In this document: positions 22,760 to 32,499 of the stretch, piece by piece
Layout: every line of letters starts with the position of its first letter
Position numbering within the stretch: the first letter of the stretch is position 1
Assembly: GCF_058153355.1 (NCBI RefSeq)
Contig: NZ_CM177019.1
Length of the DNA stretch: 64,000 nt
Reading direction: 5' to 3' (one strand)
Notes under the pieces: generated by a model
What the model was told of the DNA's origin: nothing
Seen by the model: only the letters and a program-made list of their open reading frames with translations
Databases searched by the model: none
Position numbers and translations under genes: made by a program

Positions 22760-23878
22760 ATGCATAACCAGGCTCCAATTCAACGTAGAAAATCAACACG
22801 TATTTACGTTGGGAATGTGCCGATTGGCGATGGTGCCCCCATCGCCGTACAGTCCATGACCAATACGCGTACGACAGACGTCGAAGCTACGGTCAATCAA
22901 ATTAAGGCGCTGGAACGTGTTGGCGCTGATATCGTCCGTGTCTCCGTACCGACGATGGACGCGGCAGAAGCGTTCAAGCTCATCAAACAACAGGTTAACG
23001 TACCGCTGGTGGCTGATATCCACTTTGACTATCGCATTGCGCTGAAAGTAGCGGAATACGGGGTCGATTGTTTGCGTATTAACCCTGGCAATATCGGTAA
23101 TGAAGAGCGTATTCGCATGGTGGTTGACTGCGCGCGCGATAAAAACATTCCGATCCGTATTGGCGTTAACGCTGGATCGCTGGAAAAAGATCTGCAAGAA
23201 AAGTATGGCGAACCGACGCCGCAGGCGTTGCTGGAATCTGCCATGCGTCATGTTGATCATCTCGATCGCCTGAACTTCGATCAGTTCAAAGTCAGCGTGA
23301 AAGCGTCTGACGTCTTCCTCGCTGTTGAGTCTTATCGTTTGCTGGCAAAACAGATCGATCAACCGCTGCATCTTGGGATCACCGAAGCGGGTGGCGCACG
23401 TAGTGGGGCAGTAAAATCTGCCATTGGTTTAGGCCTGCTGCTGTCTGAAGGCATCGGCGACACGCTGCGCGTATCGCTGGCGGCCGATCCGGTCGAAGAG
23501 ATCAAAGTCGGTTTCGATATTTTGAAATCGCTGCGTATCCGTTCGCGCGGGATCAACTTCATCGCCTGCCCGACCTGTTCGCGTCAGGAGTTTGACGTTA
23601 TCGGTACGGTTAACGCCCTGGAGCAACGCCTGGAAGATATCATCACCCCGATGGACGTTTCGATTATCGGCTGCGTGGTGAATGGACCAGGTGAGGCGCT
23701 GGTTTCTACACTCGGCGTTACCGGCGGCAACAAGAAAAGCGGCCTCTATGAAGATGGCGTGCGCAAAGACCGTCTGGACAACAACGATATGATCGACCAG
23801 CTGGAAGCGCGCATTCGTGCGAAAGCCAGCCAACTGGATGAAGCGCGTCGAATTGACGTTCAGCAGGTTGAAAAATAA
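22760..23878 (+). CDS. ispG: HMBPP synthase IspG (GcpE)
   Basis: 372-aa ORF with Cys motif (CPTCSR) of the [4Fe-4S] enzyme. Confidence 0.95.
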
Positions 23879-23879
23879 T

Positions 23880-23975
23880 AACGTGATGGGAAGCGCTTCG
23901 CTTCCCGTGTATGATTGAACCCGCATGGCTCCCGAAATATTGAGGGGCGCGTTGAGGGTTCATTTTTATATTCAG
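23880..23975 (+). ncRNA. candidate 3'-UTR-derived sRNA (SroE-like) in the ispG–hisS spacer
   Basis: Stem-loop gggaagcgcttcgcttccc directly after the ispG stop. An sRNA from the gcpE–hisS spacer is recalled from K-12; not verifiable from sequence alone. Confidence 0.3.
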
Positions 23976-23988
23976 AAAGAGAATAAAC

Positions 23989-25263
23989 GTGGCAAAAAAC
24001 ATTCAAGCCATTCGCGGCATGAACGATTACCTGCCTGGCGAAACGGCCATCTGGCAGCGCATTGAAGGCACACTGAAAAACGTGCTCGGCAGCTACGGTT
24101 ACAGTGAAATCCGCTTGCCGATTGTAGAGCAGACCCCGCTATTCAAACGTGCGATTGGTGAAGTCACCGACGTGGTTGAAAAAGAGATGTACACCTTTGA
24201 GGATCGCAATGGCGACAGCCTGACCCTGCGCCCTGAAGGGACGGCGGGCTGTGTACGCGCCGGCATCGAGCATGGTCTTCTGTACAATCAGGAACAGCGT
24301 CTGTGGTATATCGGGCCGATGTTCCGTCACGAGCGTCCGCAGAAAGGGCGTTATCGTCAGTTCCACCAGTTGGGCTGCGAAGTTTTCGGTCTACAAGGTC
24401 CTGATATCGACGCTGAACTGATTATGCTCACCGCCCGCTGGTGGCGTGCGCTGGGTATCTCTGAACACGTAACTCTTGAGCTGAACTCTATCGGTTCGCT
24501 GGAAGCACGCGCCAATTATCGCGATGCGCTGGTTGCATTCCTTGAGCAGCATAAAGAAAAACTGGACGAAGACTGCAAACGCCGCATGTACACTAACCCG
24601 TTGCGCGTGCTGGATTCCAAAAATCCGGAAGTGCAGGCCCTTCTCAACGACGCCCCAGCATTAGGTGACTATCTTGACGAGGAATCTCGTGAGCACTTTG
24701 CTGGTCTGTGCAAACTGCTGGAGAGCGCGGGTATCGCTTACACCGTAAACCAGCGTCTGGTGCGTGGTCTGGACTACTATAACCGTACTGTTTTTGAGTG
24801 GGTGACTAACAGCCTCGGTTCCCAGGGCACCGTGTGCGCAGGCGGTCGTTATGACGGTCTGGTGGAACAACTGGGTGGTCGTGCAACACCGGCAGTCGGT
24901 TTCGCGATGGGCCTCGAACGTCTTGTATTGTTAGTTCAGGCCGTTAATCCGGAATTTAAAGCCGATCCTGTTGTCGATATATATCTGGTGGCTTCAGGTG
25001 CTGACACACAATCTGCGGCTATGGCATTAGCAGAGCGTCTGCGTGATGAATTACCGGGCGTGAAACTGATGACCAACCACGGCGGCGGCAACTTTAAGAA
25101 GCAGTTTGCCCGTGCTGATAAATGGGGCGCCCGCGTTGCTGTGGTGCTGGGTGAGTCTGAAGTGGCTAACGGCACAGCAGTAGTGAAGGATTTGCGCTCT
25201 GGTGAGCAAACGGCAGTTGCGCAGGATAGTGTAGCCGCGCATTTGCGCACGTTACTGGGTTAA
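23989..25263 (+). CDS. hisS: histidyl-tRNA synthetase
   Basis: 424-aa ORF (GTG start), class II aaRS motifs. Confidence 0.95.
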
Positions 25264-25280
25264 GGAAGGAGAAGGACAGC

Positions 25281-25901
25281 GTGGAAATTTACGAGAACGA
25301 AAACGACCAGGTTGAAGCGGTTAAACGCTTTTTTGCTGAAAATGGCAAAGCACTGGCTGTTGGGGTGATTTTGGGCGTTGGCGCATTGATTGGCTGGCGC
25401 TACTGGAACAGCCATCAGGTTGATTCTACACGCTCCGCTTCTCTTGCCTATCAAAATGCGGTTACCGCAGTGAGCGAAGGCAAACCGGATAGCATCCCGG
25501 CGGCGGAAAAATTTGCTGCTGAAAATAAAAATACCTATGGTGCGCTGGCTTCTTTGGAACTTGCGCAGCAATTTGTTGACAAAAATGAACTAGAGAAAGC
25601 TGCCACCCAGTTACAACAGGGATTGGCGGACACGAGCGATGAAAATCTCAAAGCCGTGATAAATCTGCGTCTTGCCCGCGTTCAGGTACAGCTCAAGCAG
25701 GCTGATGCCGCGCTGAAAACCCTCGATACCATCAAAGGTGAAGGGTGGGCTGCCATTGTTGCCGACCTGCGTGGCGAAGCATTGCTGAGCAAAGGTGATA
25801 AGCAAGGTGCGCGTAGTGCATGGGAAGCTGGCGTGAAAAGCGATGTTACCCCGGCACTGAGCGAAATGATGCAGATGAAAATTAATAATTTGTCCATCTG
25901 A
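25281..25901 (+). CDS. yfgM: TPR-like membrane protein YfgM
   Basis: 206-aa ORF with N-terminal TM helix; K-12 synteny. Confidence 0.85.
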   Translation: MEIYENENDQVEAVKRFFAENGKALAVGVILGVGALIGWRYWNSHQVDSTRSASLAYQNAVTAVSEGKPDSIPAAEKFAAENKNTYGALASLELAQQFVDKNELEKAATQLQQGLADTSDENLKAVINLRLARVQVQLKQADAALKTLDTIKGEGWAAIVADLRGEALLSKGDKQGARSAWEAGVKSDVTPALSEMMQMKINNLSI

Positions 25902-25911
25902 GAGGGACCCG

Positions 25912-27090
25912 ATGCAATTGCGTAAATTACTGCTGCCAGGACTGCTTTCCGTTACCCTTTTAAGCGGCTGTTCGCTGTTTAACAGCGAAGAAGATGTGGT
26001 AAAGATGTCCCCATTGCCGACCGTTGAAAACCAGTTTACGCCGACCACGGCGTGGAGCACTTCCGTGGGTAGCGGCATTGGCAACTTCTATTCCAATCTT
26101 CATCCGGCACTGGCGGACAACGTTGTCTATGCAGCAGACCGCGCTGGTTTAGTAAAAGCGCTGAATGCGGATGATGGCAAAGAAATCTGGTCTGTCAGTC
26201 TGGCCGAGAAAGATGGCTGGTTCTCTAAAGAGCCTGCATTACTTTCTGGCGGCGTGACCGAGTCTGGCGGACATGTCTACATTGGTAGCGAAAAGGCGCA
26301 GGTTTACGCGCTGAATACCAGCGATGGTACTGTGGCATGGCAAACTAAAGTCGCGGGTGAAGCGCTTTCTCGCCCGGTGGTCAGCGACGGTCTGGTGTTA
26401 ATCCACACCAGTAACGGTCAGTTGCAAGCCCTGAACGAAGCTGACGGCGCTGTCAAATGGACAGTTAACCTCGATATGCCTTCACTCTCTTTGCGTGGCG
26501 AGTCTGCGCCAGCAACGGCTTTTGGTGCGGCCGTCGTGGGTGGCGATAATGGTCGCGTCAGCGCAGTGCTAATGGAACAGGGCCAGATGATTTGGCAGCA
26601 GCGTATTTCCCAGGCGACCGGTTCTACCGAAATTGACCGCCTGAGCGATGTTGACACGACTCCCGTCATTGTTAACGGCGTTGTTTTCGCGCTGGCCTAT
26701 AATGGTAACCTGACGGCGCTTGATCTGCGCAGCGGTCAGATTATGTGGAAGCGCGAACTGGGTTCGGTGAATGATTTCATCGTCGACGGCAACCGCATCT
26801 ATCTGGTCGATCAAAATGACCGGGTGATGGCGTTGACCATTGATGGCGGCGTTACGCTGTGGACACAAAGCGATCTGCTGCATCGCCTGTTGACTTCTCC
26901 GGTGCTGTATAATGGCAACCTGGTGGTAGGTGACAGTGAAGGTTATCTGCACTGGATCAACGTCGAAGATGGTCGTTTCGTTGCCCAGCAAAAAGTTGAT
27001 AGCTCCGGTTTCCAGACTGAACCGGTTGCCGCTGACGGCAAACTGCTGATCCAGGCAAAAGACGGGACTGTGTACTCTATTACACGTTAA
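25912..27090 (+). CDS. bamB: outer-membrane assembly lipoprotein BamB
   Basis: 392-aa ORF with lipobox (LLSGC) and PQQ-like beta-propeller repeats. Confidence 0.95.
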   Translation: MQLRKLLLPGLLSVTLLSGCSLFNSEEDVVKMSPLPTVENQFTPTTAWSTSVGSGIGNFYSNLHPALADNVVYAADRAGLVKALNADDGKEIWSVSLAEKDGWFSKEPALLSGGVTESGGHVYIGSEKAQVYALNTSDGTVAWQTKVAGEALSRPVVSDGLVLIHTSNGQLQALNEADGAVKWTVNLDMPSLSLRGESAPATAFGAAVVGGDNGRVSAVLMEQGQMIWQQRISQATGSTEIDRLSDVDTTPVIVNGVVFALAYNGNLTALDLRSGQIMWKRELGSVNDFIVDGNRIYLVDQNDRVMALTIDGGVTLWTQSDLLHRLLTSPVLYNGNLVVGDSEGYLHWINVEDGRFVAQQKVDSSGFQTEPVAADGKLLIQAKDGTVYSITR

Positions 27091-27107
27091 TCGTCTCTGT
27101 CGTTCAC

Positions 27108-27150
27108 TTTGAAAACGGCTCCTGGACAGGGGCCGTTTTCCTGTTTTTAA
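27108..27150 (+). terminator. rho-independent terminator after bamB
   Basis: aaacggctcctggacaggggccgttttcctgttttt. Confidence 0.5.
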
Positions 27151-27207
27151 CAACGACACGAATATAGCGTGCGTTGTCTGATGATTTATAAAAATGAGGC
27201 TTTAAAC

Positions 27208-28680
27208 ATGGTACCTGTGGTCGCGCTTGTCGGGCGCCCTAACGTAGGAAAATCCACGTTATTTAACCGTCTAACTCGCACCCGAGATGCGCTGGTTGCG
27301 GATTTCCCGGGTCTGACTCGTGACCGTAAGTACGGTCGTGCGGAAATTGAAGGCCGCGAGTTTATTTGTATTGATACCGGCGGGATTGACGGAACAGAAG
27401 ACGGTGTAGAAACCCGCATGGCGGAACAGTCGCTGCTGGCGATTGAAGAAGCGGACGTCGTACTGTTTATGGTGGATGCGCGCGCGGGCCTGATGCCTGC
27501 GGATGAAGCGATTGCTAAACATCTGCGCTCCCGCGAAAAACCGACCTTCCTGGTGGCAAACAAAACCGATGGTCTGGATCCGGATCAGGCCGTTGTTGAT
27601 TTTTATTCGCTCGGTTTAGGTGAAATCTATCCTATCGCCGCGTCTCACGGTCGTGGCGTATTAAGTCTGCTGGAGCACGTGCTGTTGCCGTGGATGGAAG
27701 ATATCGCACCACAAGAAGAAGTGGATGAAGACGCTGAGTACTGGGCGCAATTTGAAGCGGAAGAGAACGGCGAAGAAGAAGAGGAAGACGACTTTGACCC
27801 GCAAAGTCTGCCAATCAAACTGGCGATAGTGGGTCGTCCTAACGTCGGTAAGTCTACACTCACTAACCGTATCCTTGGCGAAGAACGCGTCGTAGTTTAC
27901 GACATGCCGGGCACTACGCGTGACAGTATCTACATTCCAATGGAACGCGATGGGCGTGAGTATGTACTCATTGACACTGCGGGCGTACGTAAACGCGGCA
28001 AAATCACCGATGCGGTAGAGAAATTCTCCGTAATCAAAACATTGCAGGCGATTGAAGATGCCAACGTGGTGATGTTGGTGATTGATGCTCGCGAAGGTAT
28101 TTCCGATCAGGATCTCTCCCTGCTGGGCTTTATTCTCAATAGTGGGCGCTCACTTGTGATTGTAGTGAACAAGTGGGACGGCCTGAGCCAGGAAGTGAAA
28201 GAGCAAGTAAAAGAGACGCTGGACTTCCGTCTGGGCTTTATCGACTTCGCCCGTGTGCATTTTATCTCTGCATTACACGGCAGTGGCGTTGGTAATCTGT
28301 TTGAATCAGTGCGTGAAGCGTATGACAGCTCCACCCGTCGTGTGGGGACATCTATGCTGACGCGTATCATGACCATGGCGGTTGAAGATCACCAGCCGCC
28401 GCTGGTTCGCGGGCGTCGTGTGAAGCTGAAATATGCCCACGCCGGTGGTTACAATCCGCCGATTGTGGTGATTCACGGCAACCAAGTGAAAGACCTGCCT
28501 GATTCGTACAAACGCTACTTGATGAATTACTTCCGCAAGTCTCTGGACGTGATGGGTACGCCGATTCGTATTCAGTTCAAAGAAGGGGAAAACCCATATG
28601 CGAACAAGCGTAACACCCTGACGCCGACCCAGATGCGCAAGCGTAAGCGTTTGATGAAGCATATTAAGAAAAGTAAGTAA
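27208..28680 (+). CDS. der: ribosome-biogenesis GTPase Der (EngA)
   Basis: ATG at 27208 gives 490 aa; two G domains (GRPNVGKST twice) and a basic C-terminus. Confidence 0.95.
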   Translation: MVPVVALVGRPNVGKSTLFNRLTRTRDALVADFPGLTRDRKYGRAEIEGREFICIDTGGIDGTEDGVETRMAEQSLLAIEEADVVLFMVDARAGLMPADEAIAKHLRSREKPTFLVANKTDGLDPDQAVVDFYSLGLGEIYPIAASHGRGVLSLLEHVLLPWMEDIAPQEEVDEDAEYWAQFEAEENGEEEEEDDFDPQSLPIKLAIVGRPNVGKSTLTNRILGEERVVVYDMPGTTRDSIYIPMERDGREYVLIDTAGVRKRGKITDAVEKFSVIKTLQAIEDANVVMLVIDAREGISDQDLSLLGFILNSGRSLVIVVNKWDGLSQEVKEQVKETLDFRLGFIDFARVHFISALHGSGVGNLFESVREAYDSSTRRVGTSMLTRIMTMAVEDHQPPLVRGRRVKLKYAHAGGYNPPIVVIHGNQVKDLPDSYKRYLMNYFRKSLDVMGTPIRIQFKEGENPYANKRNTLTPTQMRKRKRLMKHIKKSK

Positions 28681-28742
28681 TCACTTATCTGGTTTCCCTT
28701 TCCAAACGGAGAGGGAAACTGAACAACAGGCGAGGAGTATTT

Positions 28743-28958
28743 ATGGAACTCAACTGCCCAACCTGCCATAACCCTCTCGAACGCAACGGTGAAACTGCCC
28801 ACTGTGCAACTTGTGCCAAAGATTTCACCATTCAGGCGCTTTGTCCTGACTGCCATCAGCCATTACAGGTGTTAAAAGCTTGTGGTGCAGTAGATTATTT
28901 CTGCCAGCATGGGCACGGTTTAATATCCAAAAAGCGCGTTGAATTTATTGTTGCTTAA
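28743..28958 (+). CDS. yfgJ: zinc-ribbon protein YfgJ
   Basis: 71-aa ORF with CxxC...CxxC pairs. Confidence 0.85.
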   Translation: MELNCPTCHNPLERNGETAHCATCAKDFTIQALCPDCHQPLQVLKACGAVDYFCQHGHGLISKKRVEFIVA

Positions 28959-29149
28959 TATTATTTAAATATATGGTGTAATCATTTGTATTCATAATAT
29001 AAATGATTGCATCCTATTTTATTTGTTGAAACGCAAATGTAAGTGAGCGAAATCACTGTGTTATAAATTTAAGATTATATTTAGTTTTCCTGGCGTGCCT
29101 TTCTGAATAATCTGGAATAGAATATTAGAGCTAATTTTAAGCATTATTA
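28959..29149 (+). promoter_or_regulatory. AT-rich leader / probable promoter region of the accessory insert
   Basis: ~190 bp of AT-rich sequence immediately upstream of the sinH-like gene; no specific promoter elements resolved. Confidence 0.35.
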
Positions 29150-31342
29150 ATGTCACAGGGGATGTGCATGCTGCGATGGAAACGCTGTATTATGCTAACA
29201 TTTATCTCTGGAGCTGCTTTTGCGGCTCCAGAGATAAATGTTGAGCATAAAGAATCGTTACCTGATTTAGGTAGTCAGGCCGCACAACAGGAAGAGCAAA
29301 CTAACAAGGGTAAATCGCTAAAAGAGCGTGGTGCCGATTACGTCATTAACTCTGCCACGCAAGGGTTTGAAAACCTGACACCCGAGGCGCTGGAGTCCCA
29401 GGCCAGAAGCTATCTGCAAAGTCAAATTACCTCTACGACACAATCTTATATTGAGGATACACTCTCCCCCTACGGTAAGGTCCGAACGAATCTTTCTCTT
29501 GGTCAGGGCGGCGATCTGGATGGCAGTTCCATCGATTATTTTGTTCCCTGGTATGATAATCAAACTACTGTTTATTTCAGCCAATTTTCTGCACAACGAA
29601 AAGAAGATCGTACGATCGGGAATATTGGGCTTGGTGTAAGACATAATTTTGATAGATGGTTATTGGGTGGAAATATATTTTATGATTATGATTTTACCCG
29701 TGGGCATCGCCGTTTAGGTTTAGGTGCCGAAGCCTGGACTGATTATTTAAAATTCTCTGGCAACTATTATCATCCGCTTTCTGACTGGAAAGACTCCGAA
29801 GATTTCGATTTTTATGAGGAGCGTCCTGCGCGCGGTTGGGATATTCGCGCCGAAGCCTGGCTACCCGCTTACCCGCAGCTTGGCGGTAAAATCGTTTTCG
29901 AACAGTATTACGGTGATGAAGTCGCGCTTTTTGGCACCGATAATCTGGAGAAAGATCCCTTCGCCGTCACGCTGGGTGTGAAATACCAGCCCGTACCGCT
30001 CATTGCCGTAGGAACGGATTTCAAAGCCGGCACTGGCGATAATACCGATCTTTCTGTTAACGCAACGCTGAACTACCAGTTTGGCGTCCCGCTCAAAGAC
30101 CAGCTTGATCCTGACAAAGTAAGCGCGGCTCACTCGCTCATGGGCAGCCGTCACGACTTTGTTGAACGTAACAACTTTATTGTTCTGGAATACAAAGAGA
30201 AAGATCCCCTCGATGTCACTTTGTGGCTGAAAGCTGATGCGACGAATGAACATCCCGAGTGCGTGATTAAAGATACGCCAGAAGCAGCCATCGGGCTGGA
30301 AAAATGTAAGTGGACCATTAACGCGCTCATTAATCATCATTACAAAATCGTTGCTGCCTCCTGGCAGGCGAAAAACAATGCTGCACGTACGCTGGTGATG
30401 CCGGTTATCAAAGAAAACACCCTTACTGAAGGGAACAACAACCACTGGAATCTGGTACTGCCTGCCTGGCAGTACAGCTCTGATAAAGCCGACCAGGAAA
30501 AACTCAATACCTGGCGGGTACGCCTGGCGCTGGAAGATGAAAAAGGCAATCGGCAGAACTCCGGCGTGGTGGAAATCACCGTTCAGCAGGATCGTAAAAT
30601 TGAGCTCATCGTTAACAACATCGCCAATGTACCGGATGAGAACAATCACAGCCACGAAGCCAGCGCGCAAGCGGATGGTGTAGATGGTGTCGTCATGGAT
30701 CTCGACGTTACCGATAGCTTTGGCGACAACACTGACCGTAACGGTAATGTCTTGCCGCAGGATAATCTCAGCCCGCAGCTGTTTGATGCCAACGATAAAA
30801 AAGTGACGCTGGCGAATAAACCCTGCACCACCGAAGTGCCGTGCGTTTTTATCGCCAAACAAGATAAAGAAAAGGGGACCGTTACGCTCTCCAGTACGTT
30901 GCCCGGCACCTTCCGCTGGAAAGCGAAAGCCGCCCCTTATGATGACAGTAACTATGTTGACGTAACGTTCCTGGGTTCTGACATCGGCGGGCTGAATGCT
31001 TTTATCTACCGCGTTGGTGCAGCTAAGCCCGTCAATCTTATCGGCAACAAAGAACCGTTGCCTCTCAATAGCCGCTATCGCTTTGTGCTGTGGCGCGACG
31101 CTAACAAAGACGGCGTGTTCCAGCTTTCTGAGAAGCTCACTGACGACGAGATGAAACAGTATGACTATCAGTGGGAATTCACGGGGAATAGCGTAAATGG
31201 CAATACCGGCGCGCAAACCAATACCACGAACGTCGATATAGAGATCCCGGCAACCAACAAGGAAGCGGCAGCAAAATTTAATGCTCAGGTAACCGATGGC
31301 GTGCAGGGATACGGTTTGCAGGTCAATTACAGCAAGAAATAG
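29150..31342 (+). CDS. sinH: intimin/invasin-family inverse autotransporter (SinH-like)
   Basis: 730-aa ORF. Residues ~150–340 match the intimin/invasin beta-barrel translocator (…ERPARGWDIRAEAWLPAYPQLGGKIVFEQYYGDEVALFG…GVKYQPVPLIAVGTDFKAGTGDNTDLSVNATLNYQFG…SRHDFVERNNFIVLEYKEKD, compare intimin …LIYEQYYGDNVALF…SRYDLVQRNNNIILEYKK). Signal peptide present; first in-frame start may be downstream of 29150. Confidence 0.8.
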   Translation: MSQGMCMLRWKRCIMLTFISGAAFAAPEINVEHKESLPDLGSQAAQQEEQTNKGKSLKERGADYVINSATQGFENLTPEALESQARSYLQSQITSTTQSYIEDTLSPYGKVRTNLSLGQGGDLDGSSIDYFVPWYDNQTTVYFSQFSAQRKEDRTIGNIGLGVRHNFDRWLLGGNIFYDYDFTRGHRRLGLGAEAWTDYLKFSGNYYHPLSDWKDSEDFDFYEERPARGWDIRAEAWLPAYPQLGGKIVFEQYYGDEVALFGTDNLEKDPFAVTLGVKYQPVPLIAVGTDFKAGTGDNTDLSVNATLNYQFGVPLKDQLDPDKVSAAHSLMGSRHDFVERNNFIVLEYKEKDPLDVTLWLKADATNEHPECVIKDTPEAAIGLEKCKWTINALINHHYKIVAASWQAKNNAARTLVMPVIKENTLTEGNNNHWNLVLPAWQYSSDKADQEKLNTWRVRLALEDEKGNRQNSGVVEITVQQDRKIELIVNNIANVPDENNHSHEASAQADGVDGVVMDLDVTDSFGDNTDRNGNVLPQDNLSPQLFDANDKKVTLANKPCTTEVPCVFIAKQDKEKGTVTLSSTLPGTFRWKAKAAPYDDSNYVDVTFLGSDIGGLNAFIYRVGAAKPVNLIGNKEPLPLNSRYRFVLWRDANKDGVFQLSEKLTDDEMKQYDYQWEFTGNSVNGNTGAQTNTTNVDIEIPATNKEAAAKFNAQVTDGVQGYGLQVNYSKK

Positions 31343-31391
31343 GGTCGGCGCCATGGCTGATCGGGCCACCGCTGAATATTAATCAAGGAGA

Positions 31392-32390
31392 GTGTTTATG
31401 AAACCTGATATGAAACGTGGCCTGACAAAAGTCGCGCTCGCGTTGATGCTGGCTGGATACTGTGCCGTACCAGCCGCTATGGCGGAAGATGCCGCCTGGG
31501 TCGCCAGTGGAGCGACCGCTGAATTCGAAGGGACTATACCCTGGCTCTATCGCGAAGGGGGGAATGCCACGATTAACTCGGAAGATGCGGATCACATTAA
31601 AGTGACGTCTGATGGTAAAGGGACCCGTCCTCCAGGTAGCGAGACGGATAAACGCCTTTACTCAGGGGATACCATCACGCTGGGTTGGGATATCGGCGAT
31701 ACCGAAGGGGATATTGATGATGGTCCCGCAGGCATTGATGCGAAAACGACGGCCACTATCAAATGGTACAGCTACAGCAATAATGCGGGTGGCGATAAAA
31801 CTGAGCTGACCGCAGCGGCAGGCAAGACGAGTTATAAACTCACTGATGACGATCGTGGGCGTTATATCGGTGTTGAAATCCAGCCCATCACCCAGACCGG
31901 TAATCCCTTCGAGGGAACGTCGCTGACTCTGCTGGATATTTCAACGGCCAGCGGTGGCGGCAGCGATACGGACAATGTCGATCCCGGCCCGGTTGTGAAC
32001 CAGAATCTGAAAGTTGCCATCTTCGAGAAAGGCACCACTACCAACCTTATCGGTGGTAACACGGCCATTGCGCTTAATAAAACATATGTGGCCAAACTGT
32101 ACTCGGATGAAAACCAGAACGATAAATACGACGCAGGTACGGATATGGACGTTACCGCTAACTATGACTTTGCATGGGTCTTTAACGGTAACAGTAAACA
32201 ACTCCGTGCTGCAGGCGGTATTGCTAATGCCAGCTTCGATAACAATGACATTGTTATCCCGCAAACTAACGAAGAAGCAAGAACCAGCCTTAACGGTAGT
32301 GACCGTAATGGTAAGAGTGGTCTTGCGATCCCAGCAAACGGCGACGGCGTTCAGGGCTATACGCTGTCAATTATTTACAAACACCACTAA
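31392..32390 (+). CDS. sinI: secreted protein paralogous to the SinH C-terminal domain (SinI-like)
   Basis: 332-aa ORF with signal peptide (KVALALMLAGYCAVPAAMA). C-terminus shares clear motifs with the SinH C-terminus: YDFAWVFNGNS / YDYQWEFTGNS, IVIPQTNEEAR / IEIPATNKEAA, DGVQGYTLSIIY / DGVQGYGLQVNY. Confidence 0.6.
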   Translation: MFMKPDMKRGLTKVALALMLAGYCAVPAAMAEDAAWVASGATAEFEGTIPWLYREGGNATINSEDADHIKVTSDGKGTRPPGSETDKRLYSGDTITLGWDIGDTEGDIDDGPAGIDAKTTATIKWYSYSNNAGGDKTELTAAAGKTSYKLTDDDRGRYIGVEIQPITQTGNPFEGTSLTLLDISTASGGGSDTDNVDPGPVVNQNLKVAIFEKGTTTNLIGGNTAIALNKTYVAKLYSDENQNDKYDAGTDMDVTANYDFAWVFNGNSKQLRAAGGIANASFDNNDIVIPQTNEEARTSLNGSDRNGKSGLAIPANGDGVQGYTLSIIYKHH

Positions 32391-32499
32391 TGCGCACGAC
32401 TGCATTCCCGTAGGGGAATGCTGTTTTCCGCCTGTTTTGCTTAGCGACGCGTTAAGCAAAACAGGTTGATGTTTTGTTTATCATGTTGGAGTTTTCTAC

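Noticed and set aside
27690-27800. Acidic EEEEEDD-type tract
   Set aside because: It is the linker between the two GTPase domains of Der, not a separate feature.
29861-31369. 502-aa minus-strand ORF
   Set aside because: Lies entirely antisense to the sinH-like gene, whose translation has clear beta-barrel family similarity. The antisense ORF has no recognisable motifs and is the kind of long open frame GC-rich coding DNA produces on the opposite strand.
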